Below, in pieces: positions 18,494-28,039 of a stretch of DNA of 64,000 nt (position 1 is the first letter of the stretch; each line of letters begins with the position of its first letter). The position numbers and the translations under genes are program-made. The notes beneath the pieces were generated by a model. That model had not been told where the DNA came from and did not search any database. It saw only the letters and a list, made by a program, of their open reading frames with translations. The stretch covers positions 14,366 through 78,365 of the IMG/VR virus record IMGVR_UViG_3300046467_000865. One strand, written 5' to 3'. Source of the stretch: a virus. Taxonomy: Duplodnaviria > Caudoviricetes.

Positions 18494-19001
18494 TATCTAC
18501 CCTTCGTTTGCTTCTTTGTAACTCTAATAGAGCATTGCCAACAGCTTGTATTTTACCCGACATGAAAGCAAGCCTGTCTGCTAGTGCGGTAGCGTAGTAT
18601 AATATTTCGTTGAGCTTAGTGGCTCGTTCATCAGTTGCTATAACGATTTGTTCTTTTTCTTCGTACTTAACGTATCTGTCAAATTCATTAGAACGCTCAG
18701 CGACGACTCTTTTTATGTTGCTTTTGACCCAATTAAGCCTAGTTGTATGAGCGTTTATCTCTTGCTGGATATAAAGAGCGTATTGAGACAGCACAAAAGC
18801 CATCTCTCCGCACTCTACACTTGTTAGAGATTTAAGTTCAAAGTGTGTTAAATTCAATACCTTTTCGGCTTCTTCATTAAAGGATGCTTGATGAACCCCT
18901 TGTTTAGTTAAGTATGACTGAATTACTGATTCAAAATTAGCTAGTTGATCTTTAACTGTTGTCAAAGAGTCTGTATCTCCATTCATCATTATTTTCTCCA
19001 T
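18483..19001 (-). CDS. hypothetical helical protein (UvsY-like position between recA and dnaB)
   Basis: Coiled-coil composition; assignment from gene context only. Confidence 0.4.
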   Translation of the reverse strand: MEKIMMNGDTDSLTTVKDQLANFESVIQSYLTKQGVHQASFNEEAEKVLNLTHFELKSLTSVECGEMAFVLSQYALYIQQEINAHTTRLNWVKSNIKRVVAERSNEFDRYVKYEEKEQIVIATDERATKLNEILYYATALADRLAFMSGKIQAVGNALLELQRSKRRVDNVT

Positions 19002-19356
19002 GAGGAAATTCTATATAGACAATACCATTAAGGGATGCCCATCTAGCCTTTTCCCTGTCTCTTGATTGAGCCTTATAAAAATCGGCCTTGCTCTTAAAGA
19101 AGAAAGAATTGTATTCATAATGTTGAGACCCATGAACCTCAATCATTATCTTTCTTTTTGGGATATAGAAATCCGCAAACAGCCCGCACCCCGGCAGGGA
19201 GATCTCTTCCAGTATTCTATCGTAGGGGAACTCTCCAGTCAAGAGAGATCTCGCACGTATATGGTGTTGTGAGCGCGGCCTATCGTCGTCCTTATAGGGA
19301 ACATGGTTAGTCAAGTTCCACGTATATGTCTTGCCGTCTAGTCCGGTTACTTTCAT
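18952..19356 (-). CDS. Vsr/DUF559-like endonuclease
   Basis: FADFYIP...IEVHGSQHY...RDREK. Confidence 0.6.
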   Translation of the reverse strand: MKVTGLDGKTYTWNLTNHVPYKDDDRPRSQHHIRARSLLTGEFPYDRILEEISLPGCGLFADFYIPKRKIMIEVHGSQHYEYNSFFFKSKADFYKAQSRDREKARWASLNGIVYIEFPHGENNDEWRYRLFDNS

Positions 19357-20387
19357 AGCATGGCTTTAATATCGGACTCTAGCAATTTTAACAGATCGGG
19401 ATTTTCTTGTAGGAACTTATATAGCTTCTCTTGACCCTGAAATTTAGTAGTGGGATCAAATTCCATAGCCTTGGCTTCTTCTTCATGATTCTCCATGAAG
19501 TTGCATGTAAACCAAGCTCCAGCTTTAGAGATCAGGCCAAAATCTGCTCCTAAATTGATCCATTCACAAACACTATCAATACCCTTGCCATATCTAAGAT
19601 AGCTATCTACTACTGCTCCCGGTGGACCCAAGGCAGAATGTTCTACGGTCCAAGAAATTATCTGTCCAATTGGGGTGTCGGAGTTTCCAACGCTCCATTT
19701 CTTGACACTCTTGGCTCTTAGCTTGATGTCAGACTGGTATTTGATTTTCTGTCCACCATCTTCAATATAAGCCTTTCCATATCCACTAGTGTTGGCAATT
19801 AAGTGTTGGATAATAATAATGATGGTGTTTTGTATGGGAACCACTGTACCCATTTGTTTGCAGAAAGAGGATAATAGCTTGGGCGTCCCGGCTCTAGTCT
19901 GTCCGTTTATCTCGCTAAGCATCTCCTTCTCTGGAGATAGCGCAGAGGCAGAGTCTATTATAACTACGCAGCCCGGATGATCCTTGATGATGTTGGTTGC
20001 GATAGTCAAGAAGTCTTCTGCTGTTAAGATGTTGCCCTGAGTGGACTGTATTAGTTTTAACTTGTCAGGATTTAACCCCTCTACACCGCTTAGGTTCATT
20101 TTTTTGAATCTGCCCTCGGCGTTTAAATAGTACACCATCCTCCCGCCAGCTTCTTCGGTTTGGCAGTTCGCAGCTATTTGCAAAGCCGTCGTAGTCTTCC
20201 CGCACTTTGGTGCGCCAGACAGAATAACCCAGCTACCTTCTGGGATTCCTCCGTTCAACCCAATGTCTATTGCAGGACTGACAGGGATAGTGAAAATATC
20301 TTCTTCTATCACGAGATTTGAATCAATCATAATCTCGCCATATTTCTTAATGATGTCTTTTTCTACTTTGTCATAATATTCATTCAT
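19353..20387 (-). CDS. recA: RecA/UvsX-family recombinase
   Basis: GAPKCGKTT Walker A, YLNAEGR, IIDSASAL Walker B, GGQKIKY, GYGKGID, KAGAWF. Confidence 0.9.
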   Translation of the reverse strand: MNEYYDKVEKDIIKKYGEIMIDSNLVIEEDIFTIPVSPAIDIGLNGGIPEGSWVILSGAPKCGKTTTALQIAANCQTEEAGGRMVYYLNAEGRFKKMNLSGVEGLNPDKLKLIQSTQGNILTAEDFLTIATNIIKDHPGCVVIIDSASALSPEKEMLSEINGQTRAGTPKLLSSFCKQMGTVVPIQNTIIIIIQHLIANTSGYGKAYIEDGGQKIKYQSDIKLRAKSVKKWSVGNSDTPIGQIISWTVEHSALGPPGAVVDSYLRYGKGIDSVCEWINLGADFGLISKAGAWFTCNFMENHEEEAKAMEFDPTTKFQGQEKLYKFLQENPDLLKLLESDIKAML

Positions 20388-20817
20388 TGTCTAAATCTCT
20401 TAGTTTGGATAGATTGCTCTTGCTTCCAAAAGGCTTTCTGGGCTTATGACTATTGTCTACTTTCTTGATGACAGAGTCTTTATCGTCTGACCGTTTAAGA
20501 GATTCCTCTTCTTTTTTGATCAGATTTTCTAAGCCGGGAAATCTCAGAGAATAGATGTATTTCCCTCTACTGCTTTTCAGAGCCTTGATGATTGCTCTCT
20601 CGTCGTGCTTTTTGACGAGGCGGTTAGCTAAAATTATTTGGTGGGTATAGGACTTCTTCCACTTTTCTGTGTTCCAAAATTTGTACGCGGGGGTTCCAAC
20701 GTTGTCCTTCTCTGCTTGTCTTTGGCAAATTAATTCGGCTATGTATTGAGCGGCTGTGCAATATTCGCCTGTTGATGGGGATTTATACTTACTTCGATCA
20801 CTTCTTTGTTTCGCCAC
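20380..20817 (-). CDS. hypothetical protein
   Basis: Collinear ORF with overlapping ends. Confidence 0.55.
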   Translation of the reverse strand: MAKQRSDRSKYKSPSTGEYCTAAQYIAELICQRQAEKDNVGTPAYKFWNTEKWKKSYTHQIILANRLVKKHDERAIIKALKSSRGKYIYSLRFPGLENLIKKEEESLKRSDDKDSVIKKVDNSHKPRKPFGSKSNLSKLRDLDNE

Positions 20818-21256
20818 TTAAAGCGCCTTTCTTGGTAATCAAACATTCTATGGGAACATCGTTTACGTCTCTGGTCTCTGCAAAGTCAGATGTTAACTGA
20901 GGGACACCCCATGATGTCACCCGTAAAACACCTTCGTTTAACACGCCAATGATATACGAATGAATTGTATCTCCTCCGTAGAGAAACCCACCCGCTGATT
21001 TGCAAAAATAATATCCATCAGCGCCTTTTTCCATCTCAATTTTATTTGTTCCATTTTGTATATACATATCTGTGATATAGCAGTCGTTTTCTTTGCAATG
21101 CTGTCCTAGTCTCAACCAAGCGCTAGGCGGCTCTGCCCCTTCTCTATCGTCGTCTTGTATGACATCTTCCCCAGTAGAAAGAGTTGCGACCCACACGCTT
21201 TGCTTTTCAAATAACTGGGCGGTATACAAATCAGGAGCGGTACAAATATTAACCAT
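20798..21256 (-). CDS. hypothetical protein
   Basis: Collinear ORF. Confidence 0.55.
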   Translation of the reverse strand: MVNICTAPDLYTAQLFEKQSVWVATLSTGEDVIQDDDREGAEPPSAWLRLGQHCKENDCYITDMYIQNGTNKIEMEKGADGYYFCKSAGGFLYGGDTIHSYIIGVLNEGVLRVTSWGVPQLTSDFAETRDVNDVPIECLITKKGALSGETKK

Positions 21257-21257
21257 G

Positions 21258-21593
21258 TTATGTTTCCTTTTTTATCTTATGCATAACATTGGGGTTAAAT
21301 GTGTTTTTTTGACTGGGGGGTGAATCATCTCCAGACATTGACGCCTCCTGCGACATTATAGAAACTCCATACTTTTCGTTTCTAATCATCAAGTCTCCAG
21401 CATTAGGCTCTTCGCTCTTGGCTTTTGCTATATGGCTAGAAACTTCTTTTTTAGTAGAAGCCAAGTGCTTTTCTACGGCTTTGACAGACCGGCCAATATC
21501 CTTTGCTATTTCTTTTGTCGGTTGACTTGAACAATTTTGTTCTATGTAAAACTTTTCTACTTTTGAAAGTGGTCCTTTACCTTTGGCTGTCAT
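21258..21593 (-). CDS. hypothetical protein with N-terminal HTH
   Basis: TKEIAKDIGRSVKAVEKHL HTH-like segment. Confidence 0.55.
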   Translation of the reverse strand: MTAKGKGPLSKVEKFYIEQNCSSQPTKEIAKDIGRSVKAVEKHLASTKKEVSSHIAKAKSEEPNAGDLMIRNEKYGVSIMSQEASMSGDDSPPSQKNTFNPNVMHKIKKET

Positions 21594-21933
21594 CTATTAT
21601 CATCCTTTCAGCATGTGTTAGGTATCTAGAGTTTCTACTGGCCAGATATTTCATATATCTCGACCAAACAGAAAATGAAACTTTTTTCCAATCCCAATCT
21701 CCAGTTCTTTGTTTTCCAGCATAAGTACCCCATGGATCAAAGATCTTCCCCCTACCAAACTTAAGATAGTATGTTGAAGACAGAGCAGTTCCTATCTCCT
21801 TATCTACTTGCTTTGCGTAACATTTCTTGTCTTCAACATCGCACGCACGGGCTTCCATGGTGTATCCAAACCACAACCTTTTAATAGGTTCTGGCGCTTG
21901 GAAATCTAAATTTTCATTCTCATGTCTAGACAT
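21577..21933 (-). CDS. hypothetical protein
   Basis: Collinear ORF. Confidence 0.55.
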   Translation of the reverse strand: MSRHENENLDFQAPEPIKRLWFGYTMEARACDVEDKKCYAKQVDKEIGTALSSTYYLKFGRGKIFDPWGTYAGKQRTGDWDWKKVSFSVWSRYMKYLASRNSRYLTHAERMIIDDSQR

Positions 21934-22243
21934 CGATTTTCCTCACACGAATTAGAAATGAGTCTCCTAGATCGTCTTGATCGGCGCTAGCCAACAGAAC
22001 CCCCTTGGCTGGCGCGATATAGAACTCGCCAGTCATGGTTTTGGTAAAACTTGTATCTCCACAGAAAGGACACTCACATCGTACTTCTATTTTCTTATCG
22101 ACATTGTCCTTGACTTTAACAATTCTACAAAGGTCTCTTTCGCAGTTAGAGCAAGAAAGTTCTATAGAATCGGTAATAGTCTGTGCTTTTGTTTTTTCCT
22201 CTTCGCCACCGCCACTGTTAAAGCCTTGAGAAAAACTTGTCAT
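21926..22243 (-). CDS. zinc-finger hypothetical protein
   Basis: CSNC and CPFC pairs. Confidence 0.55.
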   Translation of the reverse strand: MTSFSQGFNSGGGEEEKTKAQTITDSIELSCSNCERDLCRIVKVKDNVDKKIEVRCECPFCGDTSFTKTMTGEFYIAPAKGVLLASADQDDLGDSFLIRVRKIDV

Positions 22244-22245
22244 AT

Positions 22246-22476
22246 CTAATCTCCGTCATGAAATTCCCTGATTTTTTGATGCAATCTTCTTATACAGTCA
22301 TATTTGTTTTTACCTTTTACAACAACTGGTATTAAGCTGGCCATTACGCCAAGCTCCGCAAGCTCTTCTTTACTCATTTGCCTAGGAGAACACTCTCCCG
22401 TCTTTTCAACTTCGTGTACGTTGATCATCATTGTAACTATTGCTTGATGGGGAGCAGTCTTCTCAGTATTTGCCAT
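22246..22476 (-). CDS. hypothetical protein
   Basis: Collinear ORF. Confidence 0.5.
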   Translation of the reverse strand: MANTEKTAPHQAIVTMMINVHEVEKTGECSPRQMSKEELAELGVMASLIPVVVKGKNKYDCIRRLHQKIREFHDGD

Positions 22477-22853
22477 TACTTCTGGCCTTTCTTAATGTAG
22501 CTTATCTTTTGCTCTGGGGTCATTTTTTTAATTTCCCTAGTATTAGCAGCAGCGTCTTTAACATACCAAGGCTGTTCAGTTTTCCCCTTAGCCTCTTTCG
22601 CTTTATTGTTTGCCTCTTCTTGTATTCCGCGTTTATCGCCTAATTCGTATCTTCCCATTTTTTCTGTATTTCTTTCAGCCAAATGTCCAATTGTTTTCGC
22701 CTCCCCTTTGACAAAAACAAACGGAGTCCCAAGAACGCGCTTTAATCTACTCTTTTTACACTCTGGACATTTTCTTTTGGCCTTGTCCTTCATAGATTGA
22801 ACTATTTCAAAAGAGTGGTCGCAGTTGTTACATTTATATTCATATGTAGGCAT
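22476..22853 (-). CDS. FmdB-family zinc-ribbon protein
   Basis: MPTYEYKCNNCDHSFE...QSM...CPEC; start at 22853 (TAATG overlap). Confidence 0.8.
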   Translation of the reverse strand: MPTYEYKCNNCDHSFEIVQSMKDKAKRKCPECKKSRLKRVLGTPFVFVKGEAKTIGHLAERNTEKMGRYELGDKRGIQEEANNKAKEAKGKTEQPWYVKDAAANTREIKKMTPEQKISYIKKGQK

Positions 22854-23137
22854 TACAGCATCTTTTTTATGTCTTTGATTATAGATTGAACACCGTCGTG
22901 GTCTTTGTTTTCTTGAGCTTCTACTACCTGCTCGCAAACATGTCTTAAATTGATAAGATTTTCTGACAGGAATATTAACACGTTTCCCTGTATCATATCG
23001 CTTTTCGTGCCTATATCTTTAATTCTATGCAGGTCTTCTAGCTTAAAAACTTTGAAGGGCTTGCCTTCAAAATTTTTCATACTGTATCTTTTTTCAAACT
23101 TTCTTTTTCTTTTAAATAACGAATCGAACATGCTCAT
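22853..23137 (-). CDS. hypothetical protein
   Basis: Start moved to ATG 23137 (ATGA overlap). Confidence 0.5.
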   Translation of the reverse strand: MSMFDSLFKRKRKFEKRYSMKNFEGKPFKVFKLEDLHRIKDIGTKSDMIQGNVLIFLSENLINLRHVCEQVVEAQENKDHDGVQSIIKDIKKML

Positions 23138-23469
23138 TGTTGTAGGCTCCACAAAACAAACATCTGCATAAGGACTACTCCAATAATAGAGGCCCAAGCA
23201 AAGCGTTTGTTCCACTGGTATAGCATGACAAGGATCCCAAGAGCAAGTGTCGTTCCGGCGGTTTTTATCCCCATAAACAAAGCTATATCTCCACCGTCAA
23301 CCCGTATGAGCCATCTTCCTACTGGATTCATTTCAAGATCAAGTAGGTACTCTTGAGTTTTTATAGACATGTATATATCAATAGCAGACGCAAAGCCTAT
23401 AAAAAGCCATAGCTCGGCGTATGTTACTGCGTAGGCGTATTTGTTAAATAGCCTTATAAGAGTTTTCAT
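23134..23469 (-). CDS. three-TM membrane protein
   Basis: Three hydrophobic helices; DIY...EMNP motif (DUF5658-like). Confidence 0.55.
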   Translation of the reverse strand: MKTLIRLFNKYAYAVTYAELWLFIGFASAIDIYMSIKTQEYLLDLEMNPVGRWLIRVDGGDIALFMGIKTAGTTLALGILVMLYQWNKRFAWASIIGVVLMQMFVLWSLQQ

Positions 23470-23471
23470 GA

Positions 23472-23876
23472 TTATTCTGGATTGCCATACCTGTCTTTAC
23501 CTTCTAGATTAGATACTTCCTCCCAAACATCGGACCAGCCAGACTCATCATCTCCGCGAACCCTAGCAGCTTTATCGTCTATGTATATCACGCCAGCGGG
23601 TTTTCCCATATAAGCATGATGATATTTAACACCGCGTGCTTCTAGCCAGTCTGTCCATTCCTTATATCCACGCTCATATTGGCGATGGATATTACCCTTC
23701 TCTCTGTCTCCATATCTAGCAGTGTATAGAGTTATAGTATATCCCATGTCATAAAGTTTATTAACTTGGTCTATGCCGTGTTGTAGTGGTCCAGCCTGAC
23801 TGTAATCACCACCATGGTTCTTATCTGCTATAACGCCATCGCAGTCTACTATTAATGTTTTAACTGAATCAGCCAT
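23472..23876 (-). CDS. HAD-family phosphatase (capsule-biosynthesis type)
   Basis: IVDCDGVI, YTAR, MGKP, YIDDKA; strong SD GGAGG. Confidence 0.75.
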   Translation of the reverse strand: MADSVKTLIVDCDGVIADKNHGGDYSQAGPLQHGIDQVNKLYDMGYTITLYTARYGDREKGNIHRQYERGYKEWTDWLEARGVKYHHAYMGKPAGVIYIDDKAARVRGDDESGWSDVWEEVSNLEGKDRYGNPE

Positions 23877-23891
23877 GGTCTCCTCCTCGCT

Positions 23892-23901
23892 TATATTATA
23901 C
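23892..23901 (-). promoter_or_regulatory. GTATAATATA promoter-like motif
   Basis: Intergenic TATAAT box with no canonical -35; the same 10-mer recurs at 37303 and 48504. Confidence 0.55.
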
Positions 23902-23924
23902 CGTCCAGATGACGTGGATGCACG

Positions 23925-23998
23925 TACCCTCGACAGGACTCGAACCTGTAACCTACGGTTTAGAAGACCGTTGCTCTATCCTGTTGAGCTACGAAGGC
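23925..23998 (-). tRNA. tRNA-Arg, anticodon TCT; CCA not encoded
   Basis: GCCTTCG/CGAGGGT acceptor stem, D arm, anticodon arm ACGGT-CTTCTAA-ACCGT, T arm ACAGG-TTCGAGT-CCTGT. Confidence 0.97.
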
Positions 23999-24637
23999 TT
24001 AAAGTTTAGCTAATATTGCGGATATAATCCTATTTCTAACTATATCATCGTCTGTCAATTCTACTATCCCTACTAAATTCGTTCCTTCTAGCTTATCAAG
24101 GCAATTCTCTAAGGCTCCTCTTGCCGCAGGTGGCAAGTCACTCTGGTCTATGTCTCCGTTCACGACCGCCTTAGATTTTCTACCTATACGGGTTATGAAC
24201 ATTTTAATTTGTTCATACGTTGTATTTTGGGCTTCGTCCAAGATCATAAAGCAGTTGTGAAAGTTTCTGCCCCTCATGTACTCCAGAGGAACAACCTCTA
24301 TCGTGTCATCATCAAGAAACTTTTTTACCTGCGCTTGTGTCAGGTATAATTTCATTTCTTCTAGAATAGGTATCAGATACGGATGTATCTTCTCTTTAAA
24401 AGTCCCCGGCAAAAATCCCAACCCCGTTCTCCCAGACTCAACAACCGGTCTAGTTATTATGATTTTTTGAACCCTTCCCTCTTTCAAATATTGACAAGCC
24501 AGCCCCACAGCTACGCTAGTTTTACCAGTCCCCGCTGGGCCTTCGCAGAATGTTATATCATTTTCAGATATAGCTCTTATGTATTCAGCTTGATTTGGGG
24601 TTTTTGGTTTTAGTGATCTCTTTGGGCCTCTTTTCAT
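23999..24637 (-). CDS. phoH: PhoH-family ATPase
   Basis: GPAGTGKT, ITRPVVE, LGFLPG, LEYMRGRNF, ILDEAQN, GDIDQSDL, DIVRN. Confidence 0.95.
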   Translation of the reverse strand: MKRGPKRSLKPKTPNQAEYIRAISENDITFCEGPAGTGKTSVAVGLACQYLKEGRVQKIIITRPVVESGRTGLGFLPGTFKEKIHPYLIPILEEMKLYLTQAQVKKFLDDDTIEVVPLEYMRGRNFHNCFMILDEAQNTTYEQIKMFITRIGRKSKAVVNGDIDQSDLPPAARGALENCLDKLEGTNLVGIVELTDDDIVRNRIISAILAKL

Positions 24638-24648
24638 AGGTTTCTTTT

Positions 24649-25128
24649 CTATTTACCAGAACTACCAAAGCCTTGGTCACCACGCTCACTGTCATCCAAA
24701 CTTTCCACTTCTCTAATAAAATAGTTCTCTACTTTTTGAATTAAAAGCTGAGCTATCCGGTCGCCTTCTCTGACTTCCAAGATCTCGCTATCTGAATTGT
24801 ATAGACAAACCTTAACCTCTCCTCTATACCCAGAGTCAATAACTCCAGCAAAAACATCCACTCCATGCTTCACAGCAAGCCCTGACCGAGGCCAAATAAG
24901 ACCAACGTGTCCCTTGGGTATAGCCATAGCAACATCTGTGCTAATCAGTGATCTTTCCTTTGGGCGAATTAAAACGTTCTCAGAGGCGTATAAATCAAAC
25001 CCAGCGTCAAAACGGTTCGCTTTGGATGGTAGCGTCCCTTTGTCCGATAGTAATTGAATCTCTAATCCCCCCACCTCGTCTGCCATAGCCATTTCGTCCT
25101 CCTCCACACATTGTTCTATAAAAAACAT
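24649..25128 (-). CDS. dut: trimeric dUTPase
   Basis: All five motifs: AGFDL, PRSGLA, GVIDSGYRGEV, GDRIAQL, RGDQGFGSSG. Confidence 0.96.
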   Translation of the reverse strand: MFFIEQCVEEDEMAMADEVGGLEIQLLSDKGTLPSKANRFDAGFDLYASENVLIRPKERSLISTDVAMAIPKGHVGLIWPRSGLAVKHGVDVFAGVIDSGYRGEVKVCLYNSDSEILEVREGDRIAQLLIQKVENYFIREVESLDDSERGDQGFGSSGK

Positions 25129-25143
25129 CTTATATCCTATATC

Positions 25144-27327
25144 CTAGATAATTTCACACACGCCGCCAGCGCAGGCTAGCTCCTGCTCCGGGGTAGTGTT
25201 GTCCTGCTCTTCTATACACTTGGTGTAGTCTACAGGGGCGTAAGAGCCTTTAACGTCAACCCATTCTTTCCAGTTATAAACATCTTTCATACAGTAGGTT
25301 AACTTTTTAATATCTCCATCCATATATTTATCGGCAAACCTTTGACATCTGTCGGCCCACTCTTGTTTTCCATTGCCTTTTATTTTCTTGCCAAAACCTA
25401 ACAACGAGTCACAAGCCGCCCATAAGTTATCTTCCCATAAATTTAGTGCCACTTCTATAAGTCCACTAACAAACATTGCGCCATCACCGTAGTGAGACAC
25501 CATTTCACTGGGAAGATGCACTGTCGTGAAAGGAGCTTGAGGGTAATCCTTGTCGCCGCTAAGAGGAAGCAGGGAAACCCCGCAAAAATACTTTCTGTTC
25601 TTGTATATAAACTTTTCTACTGTTTCCCATTCTTCCGGTTTAACGTTGATGGTATTGGATACGTTGTGCTGTAGATAGGGTTGGGCGCAAAGGGCGTCTG
25701 TCCTCCCTATCATGACCCAGTTCTGCTGTGTACTTTTAACATATTCCAAAAGGCCAGTGGCTCCAATTTGATTCTTCAGTTTGGAGCCATCAGGGACTTC
25801 GATACAAAACGCTACAACATCGTCGCTGTCATTTGCAGACCACACAGACTCTTCACAGGCTCGTGGGTTCGTCTTCTTAAAGTGTTGATAGATATCTTCC
25901 ATCTTGTTGGCCTGCACGCGCCTGATATATCTCTTGGCGTGGTGTGGGTGGATGCCCGAACTAGTTCCAAGAATACAAGAGGCTGTGCCTTCAGGCTTCA
26001 CGCAGGTGGCCCTAGCGGCTTGATTGATACCAATCTTTTTGGCGATTTCTTTGTTGGCTTTCTTTACTTCTCTCGCCCCCTCTTTTTGTACATCAGGATC
26101 AAGACAAATATCGTGATTCTCCATGATTCCTGTCATAGAAACACCCAACAAGGCTTCACGACGAAGGATCTTTTCGGTGGTTTCTCCCAGATACGCCATC
26201 TCGCTAAACCCAGCCTGTAGAGTTCCTATGATAGACGCCGCTCTGCAAGATTCTAAGAACTCCTCTTTGGTCTTGATCTTAGCGCAATTAATTGTGCTTA
26301 GGTTGCATGCTTGCCAGCCAGTTTCACCAGTTTGATCGTCAATGGGATAAAGCCCAATTTCAACGCAGGGGTTAACTACGAACTCTGTAGAATCCGCCCA
26401 TACAAAGCCCGGTTCCCCGAACTCCTTGACCGACTCCATCAATGCCGTAAATTGTTCAGGGCTGGTCTTATCTCGGAGTAGGAGAGCAGAATTATTAGAG
26501 CGACCACGTTGAGGATTATCGTGAAACCAATTACCAGTCTTTGCCAGTGCCATCTCTTCATCATCTGGAGAGAAAAGACAAATCGTAGCACTTCTACGTA
26601 CCCCACCACTAATAACAGCGTCAGCAGCATGCATAACAACGTCGTAGACATCTATAGGTCTCAGTTTTCTAGTTGAAAATAACGCCTCCTTCAACGATCT
26701 ATCTAAAACTTTCTTAATGTTTCCCAAGGCTTTCTTTAGAGGGTCAGGTCCGGGGGCTTTACCGGAGCTTGAGCTTAAATATGATCCGGCTGGTCTGATT
26801 TCTGAGAAGTCAAAGTTTACGGTCTTCCCTACATATTCAGGAAACAGTTCGCAATCTTCAAAATAGCTGCTGACCAAAACACCAACAGCGTCAGACCATC
26901 CTTCTATTGTATCTGGGATGGTGAATTTCTTACTGCCCTCTTTCTTTTGAACCAGCTTCGGTAGCTTTTCTACATGATGCTTCTGAACAGAGAACCCTGT
27001 TCCACAACCACATAAGAGAAGATACATACACTCTTGGAAGAATCTTGGATGGTCTATGAATGAGGCGATGCAATTATAAATGCGAGCATTGTGTTTTAGA
27101 ATGGGGGAGCCGCCAAACTGCAAGGCTCGCTGAGAGCCTAGGACTCTCTTCTTATGCATCATATCATAAGCCCACTCTATATCTTCTTTGGCGTCTGGAT
27201 ACGTCTCAAGCATCATTCCTTTTACGCGATCAACCGATTCTTTCCAAGTCTCTCTTCTTTTTTTCTCCGGTATCCATCTAGCGTATTTAGAAACAAATGT
27301 GTAGTTCTCTAATTCTTTTACAGACAT
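25144..27327 (-). CDS. nrdJ: class II (adenosylcobalamin) ribonucleotide reductase, monomeric RTPR type
   Basis: IYNC, GGVRRSA, NPCVEI, QACNLSTIN, TCVKPEGTAS and C-terminal CAGGVCEI; no intein or intron. Confidence 0.93.
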   Translation of the reverse strand: MSVKELENYTFVSKYARWIPEKKRRETWKESVDRVKGMMLETYPDAKEDIEWAYDMMHKKRVLGSQRALQFGGSPILKHNARIYNCIASFIDHPRFFQECMYLLLCGCGTGFSVQKHHVEKLPKLVQKKEGSKKFTIPDTIEGWSDAVGVLVSSYFEDCELFPEYVGKTVNFDFSEIRPAGSYLSSSSGKAPGPDPLKKALGNIKKVLDRSLKEALFSTRKLRPIDVYDVVMHAADAVISGGVRRSATICLFSPDDEEMALAKTGNWFHDNPQRGRSNNSALLLRDKTSPEQFTALMESVKEFGEPGFVWADSTEFVVNPCVEIGLYPIDDQTGETGWQACNLSTINCAKIKTKEEFLESCRAASIIGTLQAGFSEMAYLGETTEKILRREALLGVSMTGIMENHDICLDPDVQKEGAREVKKANKEIAKKIGINQAARATCVKPEGTASCILGTSSGIHPHHAKRYIRRVQANKMEDIYQHFKKTNPRACEESVWSANDSDDVVAFCIEVPDGSKLKNQIGATGLLEYVKSTQQNWVMIGRTDALCAQPYLQHNVSNTINVKPEEWETVEKFIYKNRKYFCGVSLLPLSGDKDYPQAPFTTVHLPSEMVSHYGDGAMFVSGLIEVALNLWEDNLWAACDSLLGFGKKIKGNGKQEWADRCQRFADKYMDGDIKKLTYCMKDVYNWKEWVDVKGSYAPVDYTKCIEEQDNTTPEQELACAGGVCEII

Positions 27328-27332
27328 TATTC

Positions 27333-27503
27333 CTACTGTTTATCTTTGGAACCCTTGCTAGGGCGTTTCTTTTTTCTGGATTGATGAGGCCTATTCTTCA
27401 TATACCATTCGTGCATTGCAGCGCCGTCTTGGAAAGATTTTTCTTTCCCGCTCGCTAGCTTAATTGTAAACGGTTTGTCCCTCTTATTTCCTCTAAGATT
27501 CAT
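27333..27503 (-). CDS. small basic hypothetical protein (not in ORF track)
   Basis: 56-aa ORF filling the gap; overlaps the upstream stop codon. Confidence 0.4.
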   Translation of the reverse strand: MNLRGNKRDKPFTIKLASGKEKSFQDGAAMHEWYMKNRPHQSRKKKRPSKGSKDKQ

Positions 27504-27883
27504 TTGTCTTTAGTAGCCTTTCCAGACTCAACCATGCGTTCAGACACGTCTTCTCCATCGACAAATAATCTGCCTAAGACCCTGCTGAAAGTAAAGTTGT
27601 CTTTAAGCTCTCCTTGTTCATCGGCTGGGATGAAGAGGGTGATCTTTTTTTGTTTTCTGGCCGCTAGGTCGTTATAAAAAACCTGCTTCAATAGATTGTT
27701 AAGGTACTTCTTAGACTCAATCCCCTTAACCTTTTCTTTAGCGTCTTTAGTGCGGGTTTCTGGCGCCCAGCAGTCAAGCAGTCTAACGCGAACCGTTCTC
27801 GTTATTGCTACGTCTACTGTGTCTCCATCAATAACTCTTACGACTTTACAGTCGGTTGTTATCCCTCTTGGTGGTTCTTTCAT
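27500..27883 (-). CDS. thermonuclease (SNase-like)
   Basis: RVIDGDT, VRLLDCWAPE, FSRVLG. Confidence 0.88.
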   Translation of the reverse strand: MKEPPRGITTDCKVVRVIDGDTVDVAITRTVRVRLLDCWAPETRTKDAKEKVKGIESKKYLNNLLKQVFYNDLAARKQKKITLFIPADEQGELKDNFTFSRVLGRLFVDGEDVSERMVESGKATKDK

Positions 27884-28027
27884 TATAATACTTTTGTTAA
27901 ATATGAGGGTTCTTTTTCTACTGTAATTGCTTCCATTTTAATATCGCCGTTTTGTATTTCTAAATATAATTCCTCTCGCGTCTCAACCTCTTTTATTAAA
28001 TCCATTATCCAAACCCTACAACCATAA

Positions 28028-28039
28028 CATATTATACAC
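28028..28039 (-). promoter_or_regulatory. GTGTATAATATG extended -10-like motif
   Basis: Immediately after the dCMP deaminase stop; variant of the recurring motif. Confidence 0.45.

Noticed and set aside
25144-27327. Intron or intein in nrdJ, recA, dnaB or thyX
   Set aside because: Lengths and motif spacing are continuous with no insertion.
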